Of a stretch of 64,000 nucleotides of DNA, positions 12,001 to 23,700 are shown piece by piece. The stretch's first letter is position 1; each line of letters opens with the position of its first letter. The notes under the pieces were generated by a model. That model saw nothing but the letters and a program-made list of their open reading frames with translations. It did not search any database and had not been told where the DNA came from. The stretch lies in the NCBI GenBank assembly GCA_903813345.2, contig CAIIXF020000001.1, positions 27,280,001 to 27,344,000 of the forward strand, written 5' to 3'. Source of the DNA: Owenia fusiformis. Taxonomy: Eukaryota. The translations under genes and the position numbers were made by a program.

Positions 12001-15000
12001 CTCTGGTATAATGGTATTTGATATATGGAAACATTTCTTCGGTATATCATTTGTTGTGGAGACATTTGTTTTGCATACCATATTTGATACATGGAATCGT
12101 TTCTCTCTTTGGTATAGCATTTGATATATGGAAACATTTATTTGGTGTACAGTATTTGATGTATGGAAATATTTATTTGGTATGTGAATGGAAACATTTA
12201 TTTGCATGTAAATGCACATGTAAGTAAACAAATGTTGAAGATTAAATCGGAAGAAAATTGTTTTTTATCTCATTCAGGCAAAGTAATATTTTCAACCATT
12301 TTCATCAATTCTTTATGTCTAACTATGAAACATGTTATCTTTATTTCTATTTACATGTTTTTTTCCAGATACTGCGGACATGGTCACGGGGGAAAGTTCC
12401 TGCAAGCTGATAGCCTTCAACAGATCAACTGTAAGGCTGCTACCTTTCTCATGGGCTGTAGCAGTGGCAAACTGGTTGCTTCAGGATGTTTTGAGGCTCA
12501 AGGCATGGTCCTTAGTTACTTCATGGCTGGAGCGTATGTATATTTTCCTCCCTTAGATGTTGTATCATGTGAAAAATCATTATTACTTTCACTTTGTGTG
12601 TGAATAAGCCAATGTCGTATTTTCTCTAATGAGCGCAGAATTCCAATGAGGGCACATGCACATTTTATGATGAATATTAGAGGTGTGAATTGATCGACAC
12701 AAGTTTAATCGATTAAGATTTTTAATACTCAATTAACTGATTCTCAAAAAGATAATCTTCAATATCCTGCTGTGAGTAAGCTAACTTGATTTCACTGACT
12801 GATTGAGACCTTAATTGTCAGGTTGACATGCCAAGCTTAAAACTCAAACTGCCAAACAAGCTTAGCCTAAGCCCGACAGTTACCTCTTTTTTGTGTTTCA
12901 CTGATACTTCTTATATTGATATATACTCGTATATATTAAATAGAGGTATGCAATCAAATCAAACGAATGAATTATCGCCTACTACTAAAGAAATAGAAAA
13001 TTGAAGGGAAATTATGTCAGATCGAAAATGATACTCGTATTTTGAATGAAATTAAACTCTTTTATCAAGATTTATACTCTGAAAAGGTCTCGCCCGATTT
13101 CAAAGATTTTGACATTTTTACTAATAATCTACAGTCGCGTAAACTATCTGAAGCGCAGAAGGCATCGTGCGAACTCAGACTTACTGAAGCAGAATGCTTT
13201 AAAGTTCTCTCAACGTTTAAGTCGAACAAAACACCGGGGAGTGATGGCCTTTCGGCCGAATGGTATAAAGCATTTTGGAACGACATTTCGACAGGTGTTG
13301 TTGACAGTTTTAACCTCTCACTTAGAGTTGGACTCTTATCTGTTAGTCAAAGGCAGGGTGTAATATCTTTGATTGAAAAATCGGGAAAGGATTTATCTCT
13401 GCTTAAAAACTGGCGTCCAATTTCATTGTTAAATATAGATTATAAAATTGTTTCTAAAGTGGTAAGTAAGAGAATTGAAGCGGTTCTCTGCGCGATTATT
13501 GAACCCGATCAGACTGCCTTTGTCAAAGGAAGACTGATTGGCGAAAACATTCGATTTATGGAGGATTTACTAGTATATACTAGAGAAAGGAAAATACCAG
13601 GCATTATTTCTTTAATTGACTTTGAAAAAGCATATGACAGTATCGAATGGAGTTTTATTGATTTTGCGTTGCGGTACTTTAATTTTGGCGATGAGTTAAT
13701 CCGTTGGGTTAAGCTCTTTTACACTGATATCAATAGCTGCGTATTGAACAGCGGGCATTCTACTGGGTGGTTTAAAGTACATAGGGGTGTCCGTCAAGGA
13801 GATCCGTTAAGTTGCTCCCTTTTTGTTATATGTATTGAGGTACTTGCCCTTAAGATCAGGCAAGATGAAAATGTGAAAGGAATCGATCTAAATGGCCACA
13901 CTCAGAAATTGATTATGTATGCCGATGACACATCTCTAATACTCAAAGATGCAAATTCCCTTGAAGCTGCCTTAAGCATTTTCGAAAATTTTTATCAATT
14001 ATCGGGCCTAAAAATTAATAAGGAAAAAACCGAATGTTTTAGTGTTGGTGCCAACCATGATGGTGTAAATCCGAATATGGGGGGCTGTATTTTGGTAAAG
14101 AGGCCAAGTAAGTTTTTAGGCATCAGTGTATCATATCATACGATCCAGAGCATAATAAGGCGATAAATTTTGACCGGAAAATAGAATCGTTGAAGAGGAT
14201 TCTGAACCTCTGGGGTAAGCGAAATCTCACCATTTACGGTCGTATTATGATAATCAAATCCCTTGCAGTTTCACAGATCGTATATTCTATGTCCATGACT
14301 GTTACGCCCGACAGCATCATTTCAAAGGTGAATACTTTGATTTATAATTTTTTGTGGAAAGGGAAACGGGATAAAATAAAGCGAAATACTGTGGTCGGAT
14401 CTTATGATCAGGGGGGCATTCGTATGGTGAACATGACATCGATGGAAAAAGCACTAAAAATTATGTGGCTCAAACGATTCCTTGATGACCAACTTAGCCA
14501 CTGGAAAGTGATTCCGCGAATATATTTTGAACATTTTGGCGGTCTTAATCTACTTCTGCAATGTAGATATGATGTACGCCTATTTAAACAAAAAATCCCC
14601 GATTTCTATATGAATGCTCTTTCATATTATTCAACGGTAAGTGAGACGGAGGAACCAAAAAACAGTTCTGAGGTAAAGAGCGAGATACTATGGCATAATA
14701 AATACATACTTAGGGAGGGTAAACAGATATTTCAAAAAAGCCTTTTTGAAATGGGGGTTGTTCAAATAAATGATTTACTAAATGGGAATGGTAGTTTTAT
14801 GGAACTGAATGATTTTAAATACAAGTTCCAGGTGGATATAAACTTTTTAGATTACATTAGCCTAATATCTTCCATTCCAAAGAAATGGAAATCAATTTTA
14901 AAAAGCGATCCGAAAGCGAAGTGTGAAACCGAATATACTGAAAGCATCGAAGAGTTTTTTATTGGTAACAAAACGGTCCACATCAAAAATTTGAATACAA

Positions 15001-16524
15001 AAATGGTTCAATTGTACATCAATCAACAATGTTTTTCTGAATCAATAAGCGTTAAGCGCTTATGTTGCAAATATAATGTTAACGCTCGAGATATGTGTTC
15101 AATGGTATATGACATAACCAAAAACCACGCTTTTTGGGAATTACAGTATAAGATTATTAATAATATTTATGCCTCAAATTTGTACCTTAAACTTGTTGGT
15201 ATACATACGAATGATAAATGTGATTTTTGCGGCCAAAAAGAGACGATTGTCCACCGTTTTTGGGAGTGCAAGAACATCAAAAGTCTTTTAAAATATTTCG
15301 GAGATCAATGGAGAGAAAAGGATATACACTTAAATGAGCAACACGTCATTGTTGGGTATTTCGATAGGAAACATTTTAGAAAGTTTAACTTTTCCGTTTT
15401 GATATTAAAATACTATGTTCATAGAGCTTATTATTCCAACATGCCACTGACTTGTGTTGGATTTCAAGCCTATTTAAACGAAGGTCTCAGACTGGAAAAT
15501 ATTTTTGATGAGTGATTGTATGTGTGTGGTATGCATGACATGAATGAATGTCGTGTGAGTGGAATGGGTCTGTGTGTCGAATTTGGTATTCTTTGTATTT
15601 CTATTTCATTTGTAAAAACGGCTTACAGCAAATCACTTGTATCCTTGTGTAGTGAAAATGTATATTGAGAAAAAAAAAGAAAATGTCAGATCTCCATCGT
15701 TTATGTTAGAATAAATATTTTGTTAATCGCTTAAGTGATTTACCAACAGTGCACACCTCTGATGAATATGGTCTCATTTTTTGTATGTATGTGCACTTAT
15801 TTCAATTCCAATAATTTGCCCTTTTAAATTTCAATTTGGGAAGCAAACTGTGCACGCATTAGAGAGAAATACAGTATTTGGAATTGATGCTATTGATCAA
15901 AGTTTACTTATAATCTTAAAATATAAATGGCAAGAAGAATACAAAAACCCAAATGTATGACATAAACCTGAAACAATCTTTACTATCACACTTTTTCAAA
16001 GTGCTATATTGTCATCATCTGCTGAGTGGGTGGGTGGGTGGGCAGGCCAGCTGAGCCGCATATATCCAAGTTCCAGGAAACCACCCACGTGTTCCACTTG
16101 AAAATTTTATAGATGCAAAAGCAGAATCTAGTGTCAACATCTGATTAGGTTTTGGGCAACATTGGGTAAATTACTTGGTGGCCATTTTGAATTTTGTGTG
16201 ATATTTACCATTCACTTTGTGTCTTGTTAAATGTTGTAAATGTAAAAGAAATATCCTAAATCCATGAGACATATTTTGTATTGTTACGTGTAATAAATTA
16301 ACTGTTAACCCTGTATTTCCAGGCCATCTATTGTTGCATGCCTATGGGACATCACTGATAAAGACATTGACAAGTTCACAGAGGAGTTTATCAAGTCATG
16401 GATTGCAGGAAAATCTGGTGCAAAACTATTGGACTTCATAAATCCCAGTAGGAAAATCTGCAAGCTTCCTCATCTTATAGGATCTGCACCTGTTGTGTAT
16501 GGACTCCCTGTGCAACTAAAATAG
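33..16524 (+). CDS. ESPL1: Separase/separin (peptidase C50), 5'-incomplete; 12 exons: 33-306, 920-1076, 1420-3866, 4084-4282, 8564-8691, 9577-9821, 10209-10382, 10748-10918, 11099-11319, 11649-11732, 12369-12533, 16323-16524
   Basis: All introns are GT-AG and phase-compatible (4467 nt = 1488 aa + TAG). Separase motifs: WWSKRRGLDAQLK, MEKIWFGCWRGIL, VVLILDR-LIQHLPWE, VTRVPSL, FYVLDPEGNL, YCGHGHG (catalytic His), LMGCSSG (catalytic Cys), CLWDITDKDID, GSAPVVYGLP. Confidence 0.95.
289..553 (+). repeat. 42-bp tandem repeat (about 6 copies) containing the separase splice donor
   Basis: Unit ATATGAGCTTTATTCAA(A/G)GTATGTGAGACTTATACAGGGTGA at 289, 331, 373, 415, about 454, 494 and 536. The first copy spans the exon/intron junction at 306/307. 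Confidence 0.9.
1205..1350 (+). mobile_element. Short copy of the Helentron/HINE-like interspersed family
   Basis: Shares the 5' TTATGTCACCACC...TGACATATT and 3' GGTGGTGACATTTT-CATGTTAAT ends with the 51330-56210 element. Confidence 0.6.
1420..3866 (+). CDS. ESPL1: Separase large internal exon (2447 bp): HxxxCxCxxC motif plus long disordered regulatory insert
   Basis: ORF 1436-3904 is bounded by tttcAG (1419) and GTAAGT (3867). ASPKL...HTTKCTCELC resembles the human S1126/HSPTCDCSLC region. Many S/T-P sites and ExxR motifs follow. Confidence 0.9.
4516..4995 (+). mobile_element. HINE-like family: partial copy with satellite monomers (4516-4871) plus adjacent short copy (4880-4995)
   Basis: TTGACCTTCAATGACCT...CAAGGTCAAAA monomers and the GTGGTGACAT...GTTAATGCCTTGTT 3' end, as at 42408 and 51330. 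Confidence 0.65.
6603..6774. mobile_element. MITE, CAGAGGCGTAGC...GCTACGCCCATG, near-perfect 5-bp flanking repeat ATATT/ACATT
   Basis: Terminal inverted repeats are visible; the internal sequence recurs at about 25238-25350. Confidence 0.6.
7161..7555. mobile_element. Foldback MITE with inverted arms over 130 bp; ATAA/TTAA flanks (Kolobok-like)
   Basis: GGTACAGCTGGAAAATAACATTTTGGGAAAAAATTGCTATACCTG... is mirrored by ...CAGGTATAGCAATTTTTTCCCAAAATGTTATTTTCCAGCTGAACC. Confidence 0.8.
8279..8502. mobile_element. TTAA-flanked non-autonomous DNA transposon (Kolobok-like)
   Basis: TTAA|GGCCAGAGTGAACTTT...AAAGTGCACCCTGACC|TTAA. Confidence 0.65.
8763..9334. mobile_element. TTAA-flanked non-autonomous DNA transposon (Kolobok-like)
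   Basis: TTAA|AGGGT...ACCCT|TTAA; interior is visibly richer in CpG than the flanking intron. The inverted repeat match is short. Confidence 0.55.
11740..12200 (+). repeat. 35/36-bp minisatellite in a separase intron
   Basis: About 12 copies of TTGATATATGGAAACATTTCTCTGGTATAATGGTAT variants; explains the repetitive ORFs at 11548-12231. Confidence 0.9.
12369..12533 (+). CDS. ESPL1: Separase catalytic-dyad exon
   Basis: Encodes YCGHGHGGKFL...FLMGCSSGKL; flanked by ttccAG and GTATGT. Confidence 0.95.
12678..15761. mobile_element. hAT-like MITE with perfect 8-bp target-site duplication ATGAATAT, containing the LINE
   Basis: ATGAATAT(12670-12677)|TAGAGGTGTG ... CACACCTCTG|ATGAATAT(15762-15769). 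Confidence 0.75.
12995..15680 (+). mobile_element. 5'-truncated L1/Tx1-clade non-LTR retrotransposon (RT plus C-terminal zinc knuckle), one frameshift
   Basis: KTPGSDG, WRPISLLNIDYK, IDFEKAYDSI, GVRQGDPLS, YADD, CDFCGQKETIVHRFWEC; A-rich tail near 15670. A TCATA duplication at 14131-14140 splits ORFs 13042-14166 and 14190-15515. The 5' boundary is approximate. Confidence 0.92.
16323..16524 (+). CDS. ESPL1: Separase terminal coding exon (not in the ORF track)
   Basis: PSIVACLWDITDKDIDKFT...IGSAPVVYGLPVQLK*; acceptor tttccAG ends at 16322; TAG at 16522-16524. Confidence 0.93.
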
Positions 16525-17030
16525 GATTTGCAGCTGTTGTGTGTGGACTCCTTGTGCAACTAAAATAGGATTTGCAGCTGTTGTGTGTGGACTCCCTGTG
16601 CAACTAAAATAGGATTTGCAGTTGTTGTGTCTGGACTATCTTAGCAATTGAAATGAAATGGGATCTGCAGCTGTTGTGTGTGGACTACCTCTGCAACTAA
16701 AATAACAGGGTCTGCAGCTGTTGCATGTGGACTATCTTAGCAATTGAAATAAAATGGGATCTGCAGCTGTTGTGTGTGGACTATTGTAGCAATTGAAATA
16801 AAATTGGATCTGCTGCTGTTAGTGGACTCCCTCTGCACCTAAAATAAAATAGGGTCTACATCTGTACCTTTTGAACTACCTCAGTTATCGAAAAGAATAG
16901 GGTTTGCAGCTGTTGCAGGTTAGTAATTGAACTAGAATAGGGTCTGCAGCTGTTGGATGTGGACTGCCTCAGTAAATAAAGTAAAATAGAGTCTGCAGCT
17001 GTTGTCTGTGGATTCCTAAATAGGGTGCAC
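16478..17030 (+). repeat. 44-49-bp tandem repeat (about 12 copies) starting within the last separase codons
   Basis: Unit TAGGAT(C/T)TGCA(C/G)CTGTTGTGT(A/G)TGGACTCCCTGTGCAACTAAAA at 16478, 16522, 16566 and 16610, then more diverged copies. Confidence 0.9.
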
Positions 17031-17384
17031 TCGTGACATGCACATAAACAAAAAAATTTACATCTAGTGTCCAAGGTTGAATAGTAATGTGAAATAGACC
17101 CTTGAAACAATGCAAATTAAAGATCTCGGGTATTTTTATTTATTAAAATGAAATAATGCTCATAGAGTAGAAGATATAATACAAAATGTGAAAGTCCGCT
17201 GCATTTATATAAGCATGAACCAGTGTTGTGAATGACATATTTGTAAATTGAAGGAAATGTGGTTTTATGTTTAGGGAAAGCTTCCAATCTGTCTCATTAG
17301 GAAACAATAAAGGAAAAAGAAAGGCAAAGTCTTTAATAATACATGGTATGATATAACAGAACAATAGGAGTAACATGGGCTTGA

Positions 17385-18781
17385 TATTGGTAATGTATGT
17401 GCTGCATATTGGTAATACTGTATGTAAGTGCTGGTTATTGGTAATGTATGTGCTACATATTGGTAGTGTATGTGCTGCATATTGGTAGTGTATGTGCTGC
17501 ATATTGGTAATGTATGTGCTGCATATTGGTAATGTATGTGCTGCATATTGGTAATGTATGTGCTTGATATTGGTTATGTATGTGCTGCATATTGGTAATG
17601 TATGTGCTGCATATTGGTAATGTATGTGCTGCATATTGGTAATGTATTTGCTGCATATTGGTAATACTGTATGTAAGTGCTGGCTATTGGTAATGTATGT
17701 GCTGCATATTGGTAATACTGTATGTAAGTGCTGGCTATTGGTAATGTATGTGCTGCATATTGGTAATGTATGTGCTACATATTGGTAGTGTATGTGCTGC
17801 ATATTGGTAGTGTATGTGCTGCATATTGGTAATGTATGTGCTGCATATTGGTAATGTATGTGCTGCATATTGGTAATACTGTATGTAAGTGCTGGCTATT
17901 GGTAATGTATGTGCTGCATATTGGTAATACTGTATGTAAGTTCTTGCTATTGGTAATGTATGTGCTGCATATTGGTAATGTATGTGCTACATATTGGTAG
18001 TGTATGTGCTGCATATTGGTAGCGTATGTGCTGCATATTGGTAATGTATGTGCTGCATATTGGTAATGTATGTGCTGCATATTGGTAATACTGTATGTAA
18101 GTGCTGGCTATTGGTATTGTATCTGCTGCATATTGGTAATGTATGTGCTGCATATTGGTAATGTATGTGCTGCATATTGGTAATGTATGTGCTGCATATT
18201 GGTAATACTGTATGTAAGTGCTGGCTATTGGTATTGTATCTGCTGCATATTGGTAGTGTATGTGCTGCATATTGGTATTTTATGTGCTGCATTTTGGTAA
18301 TGTATGTGCTGCATATTGGTAATGTATGTGCTGCATATTGGTAATACTGTATGTAAGTGCTGGCTATTGGTAATGTATGTGCTGCATATTGGTAATACTG
18401 TATGTAAGTTCTGGCTATTGGTAATGTATGTGCTGCATATTGGTAATGTATGTGCTACATATTGGTAGTGTATGTGCTGCATATTGGTAGCGTATGTGCT
18501 GCATATTGGTAATGTATGTGCTGCATATTGGTAATGTATGTGCTGCATATTGGTAATACTGTATGTAAGTGCTGGCTATTGGTATTGTATCTGCTGCATA
18601 TTGGTAGTGTATGTGCTGCATATTGGTAATGTATGTGCTGCATATTGGTAATGTATGTGCTGCATATTGGTAATACTGTATGTAAGTGCTGGCTATTGGT
18701 ATTGTATCTGCTGCATATTGGTAGTGTATGTGCTGCATATTGGTATTTTATGTGCTGCATTTTGGTACAGCGTATGTGCTG
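17385..18781 (+). repeat. 22-bp minisatellite with 29-bp variant and 468-bp higher-order duplication
   Basis: TATTGGTAATGTATGTGCTGCA interspersed with TATTGGTAATACTGTATGTAAGTGCTGGC; identical translated ORFs offset by 468 (17947/18415, 17987/18455). Confidence 0.95.
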
Positions 18782-20720
18782 GACATAAGTAGTATGTGAG
18801 CTGAATGTTAGAATTGTATGGGCTGACTTGCTTAGCAGATTTTGAATTACGTTTTTTGGAAGTTAGAAACAAATGTCTTCCTTGAATATATTGTCACCAA
18901 TACTGCCTTCTTACATGATTGTTTTATTTTAGTGAATGATGACAATATATATACGTAAATATATTGCAGTCATCTTTCTTTATTTCTTATTTCTTTCTTC
19001 CTTATATTATTAGCAGAGCATGTTTGCAGACATTTGGTGTTAATATCATAAACAATTCTATGTATCTGCAATCTGCGTTGAATGGGAGAATTATGCCTCA
19101 GTCACCTTTGATCTACCAGAACTGTATGGTGGCTGTAGCTTCCAGAGTCAAAAGAAATATGCAGCATAAATTATTGGGGGAAGCAGTACAGTGTAGATTT
19201 CTATATCGATTTTGTGAAGCTATGGCTGCCGTTTGCCTGCCATAGAACAAATGGGACTGAGGCTTTAGACATAGGCTTATACAGTATTTTGTGTATTCCT
19301 TATACTATATTTATTTGTTATTAGCTGGACATCTTAAGATTCTTAGTACTGTATTTGTAGAAAAATTCTGATACTGCATTTAGTGGGAGAATCAGACATA
19401 GGCTTATACTTTCATATAGGGCCCTATTCCTTAAATTTTTTGTCATTAGCAGGACAATTAGATTCTTAATGCATATGCATTTGTGTCTAAATGTACACTT
19501 ACTGTATAAAACTATTTTGAATAGATCATAGTCAAAATATTATGTCATGTTTCAATAATACTGGGTGTTCTAGAAGTAAAGATTATGCAAACTAGGATTT
19601 TAATGGGACATCCAGTAGTTTGCTCTGTAATATGTATGAAAACGTTTGTAACAAAACATTAATAAATATAATTAATAATAAAATTGATTTATTTCATCAA
19701 AAAATATGTTTATATTGTTGTTCATAATTTACATTACCTATGAATTCTAATTCCAATTACATTTTTATGTTTTACATAATTTAAATGATGACATCTAAGA
19801 TTTAACAACCCTGTTCTCAGGTATATATATTTCACTCAAAATAATGAGTGATTTTTTGGAGCATTATCAGTATTTTGGATCTAAAATTACCTGTTTTTAT
19901 TAATAATTTATAATATGATTTGCAAAAATTCTTAATAACTAACATTAGTTAAAAATAAATTTTATGATTTTTTCTTAACATTCAAAACTTACATTCACTG
20001 GCCTTTTAGATTACATTATACACAATTATACCACCACAGGAACTAAGTCAGCGATCCCTAACACTTTCTTAACTTATATACATGCACTAACATATAGGTT
20101 GTAAAAGGAGGTGAGGGATCCACTGCTTACTCCTTGTAAAAATGTACTAGATAAATAAATTTTCCTCAATTTTTGAACTAGTTTGCACACACATTTTTTG
20201 CCACATTAGGGCCTCATCTTTTTACATGATAATTAAATAATCATTGAATCTAAAAGACTTTGGACCAGCCAGAAATTCTTAATTCACTACTCAAATTAGA
20301 GGAGCATTCAATGACGAAGATTCTTGACATACAGGGTGTGGCATAAGAATTTGAATTATAAACCAGTTGTTTGCTATTTTCCTATACACACTAGATATAA
20401 GCTAGTTGGTCAAGATCAAAACTAACTGGCTATAGACCAGTGCTTTAATGTCATTCATTTGTCCTATATCTTGAGTTCCACTCAAGCCTGTGGCTGACTC
20501 CTAGATAAATGTACTCCAACAATCTTTTAAATCTCTAAAATAATTGACAATCTACTTACATCATGTCTTAATAAATTAAATAGTAAAACCACTTATTTGT
20601 AACATATTAAAGTTACAAATGGGTCCATTAATGAAATTCAATTATCAAAAATATCTGGTACAGAATGCAACAGTAATACACAAGAGCTTATGCAAGATGA
20701 TTATATGGACCCTTTAACAG

Positions 20721-23700
20721 TTAAGTCCAACCAGATAACTTTTCATATTGCTCCTTTATGTCGGGTATTCCATCTATACAGTAAACATCTTCATAGAATC
20801 GTCTATATGAGCGGGCATAATAGAATAAAGTGAAACCCCAGCTTAATGTCAATAAACTGCACATTGAAGAGATGTAAAATCCTTCCTTGTATACAGTCAT
20901 CTCTGAAATATGACCATATTTCAATACAACAGTCTTATGCCCCATGGGCGTTAAGGTGGAAATTAAGTTTGTGATTGCATGGGCCATAACAAGAGTTGTT
21001 TACGTATTTGTTACAGCATTACACTTCAGTCATTGTCAGTTGGTATCATAAACAACGGAACAACCCATCAAAATATGCATTTCAAATATCCCTAGAAAAG
21101 CATTACCAGCCTCTAATAAAATAATACCACTTCTAGTAAGAATTATAAACATAAAAAAAACATAACAAAAAGTAATTGTGAAAACTCAACTTGTTCATTT
21201 ATCATCCTTATGAAGGTCAATCAATAAGTAGATCATAAATGAACAAAACCAAATGTGTTAAATTCATATTGATTTCAAGTTGGACATCTGCTTCAATTGT
21301 GAACATTACATATTGAATTCACACATTTGTTTTTTGTTTTACTCAGGCTAATGAGCGTGAACAAGCGCCAGACATATGAAAGTTCAAACTGTTTGTTTTG
21401 TTTCAACCAAAATAACAAATTTGACTTTGGAACTTGGATCAGAGAAGCCTATAAATAGGCATAAGACAGTAGAATTTGTGAATGTGAACAATGCCCATCA
21501 ATATTTTGGTATCATCTAAGGATAATTCTAATCAAAATCTTTTCACTCAATGTTGATGTGTTCATTCAGTTGTGACAAATTTTACTTGTCATTGACACAT
21601 TTTATTAAGTTAAAAAAAAACCGATTTTACAAAAGCAAAAAAATAATTCTTTAAATGATGTAATGTGAGAAGCATTAACAAACTTGAATGTTTCATTTTC
21701 AGTAAACAACTCAACAGTATTGAATATACATACGTATATGGATATGTATAAAGGTAAAAAAGTCAAAATTGAGATACAAATCTACTGGAAATGATTATGC
21801 AATATGTACATTAATCTAACAGATCCCACCACAAGTGATCATGCATAGAATAAAATTGGGGTGAAGGTTTCCACCTAAAACATCATTTGGCTTGGAGAGG
21901 AAACATATCTCTTAGATAAGTCCTGGGCTTATATGTGGAAAACTACTTCATATAACATTGTATAACACCCAGACCTATTTGGCTGTATCTATTTAATTCA
22001 CACTCATGACAAAAACAATATGACGTTGATCATAAGACGAGTGTACAATTATATGTACCAGTTTGGCTTCTACTCTATTATGTCTATATCTAACGCTAAA
22101 GTAAATAGATAACATTTTACCCAAGACTCGCACTCTTACACCGGTTTGCAGAACGAACCACAATATTCTAAAATGGCTTCAATTTTTAGTACATAATTTA
22201 GGCTCAGAGTCAGACATAATTCACCCTATGCAGAATGAGAGCACAGAAAACAATTGGTGCAGATAACATAATTGCTCAGTGCAGAACCAACAGTCTTATT
22301 TGAATTTGTGATATTTTTAAACTAGGCCATATTCTGCACTTAGGGCTTATTTATCCGCACCGATTATTTTCTGCAAGCTCAGTCTGCATAGGGTGTAAAT
22401 ACTAAACATTAATTATGATTCGAATTTTCAGATGATTTTACAGGCTGATCCAAAAGTTATACCATGCATTTTAAGTCTTTTTACTTTTGAGACACTCTGC
22501 AGATCCTTTTTATGTCATATTATAATTCGGTCCATTCCCAACATACAGTAGCTGATTAGGTATAAAAGACAGATTTGGAGTAGACCGATTACCTCATTTC
22601 CATGAAAGCCAACTCCAAATTTTGCCTCTGGAGCTATTTCTTGAAAACATTAAATATAACCATTTGTTCAATTCAACTGTCTTTCATTGTTTTGCCAATA
22701 TAGAACTGTTTTTCAGATGGTACATAATGTTTTCAAAAATAGTATGTAGTCTCAGTTTACTGATGAAACATCCACGACATATCATTTTACAATATTATAA
22801 AAATTATATCCATATGCCACATTTACAAGCATTCTATTTTTTCTCAAAATTTTTTTCGCCTTTTCAGTCTTGTATTCAAGGCTCAGTAAATTCTTAATGA
22901 GTCAATCAGGATCAAAAACATAAAACCATGAATATAAGACTCTGTATAATTTAAAAACGTTGTAGATCAAGATTTAGGCTTCGTCCACAATAATTTTTTT
23001 CTCTGGGTCGTTCTCAGCATCATATATTCTCTTGTAGTTTCGAGAGTAATAGAAAAGTGCAAATCCCCATTTAAAGGTCATAAAACACCACACTACGACT
23101 ACATAGAAGCCCCGGTCAAAAGGAGTCACACCTATTAAAAAATAAAAAATAAATAAAATTATTTAAACAAACAAAACTAATTTATTCACATAAAATAAAC
23201 TGGTTAAAAAGTTCCATCACCTGTGTAATATGTAAACATTGTCTAAAGTGAGGACCTTTGAATATCAATTTCTCTATCATGTGAAGATTGAAAAAAGGTT
23301 ATTAGTTATTTATCACATGAGTTTAATTGCTTATTATTATCTAAATCTAAATTCAGCTAAGCGCATGGCTTGTAATTTTGCTCTTCAACTTGATGTTCAA
23401 CAATGTGAAATCTTAAATATAGAGAAGTGAACACATAATCATTAAAATGAATGGATTTTTTTAAATAAATATTTTAAATGAGAACATGGAGAGGCATCAC
23501 TTAATTGTGTTCAATAACCACTTCAACTTTCTTTAAATATTAACTTGGATTTGGTAGATAATACAACACGTACAATATGCAATATGAAAAGTATGTTGTG
23601 TAATTCATGTTTATTTTACTTTCATTATTTAGTCAATGAATTTGCAATAACGAACACGATCATATATTTTAGCCTCTCAAATCATTTTAAACATTGAACT

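Larger units (their letters stand above)
12615..15874. mobile_element. Outer Tc1/mariner-like MITE, split by nested insertions
   Basis: Left TCGTATTTTCTCTAATGAGCGCAGA matches, inverted, right TGTGCACGCATTAGAGAGAAATACAG|TA. Confidence 0.55.

Noticed and set aside
11548..12231. Overlapping repetitive ORFs
   Set aside because: By-products of the 35/36-bp intronic minisatellite.
289..17030. CRISPR-like look of the 42-, 36- and 44-bp arrays
   Set aside because: Head-to-tail units without unique spacers, no cas genes, eukaryotic context.
17143..18760. Many His/Tyr/Gln-rich ORFs on the minus strand
   Set aside because: Translations of the 22/29-bp minisatellite in several frames; no splice or domain support.
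19660..19700. Overlapping 3' ends of separase and HRG1 from opposed AATAAA signals
   Set aside because: AATAAA is frequent in such AT-rich DNA; not assignable without 3'-end data.
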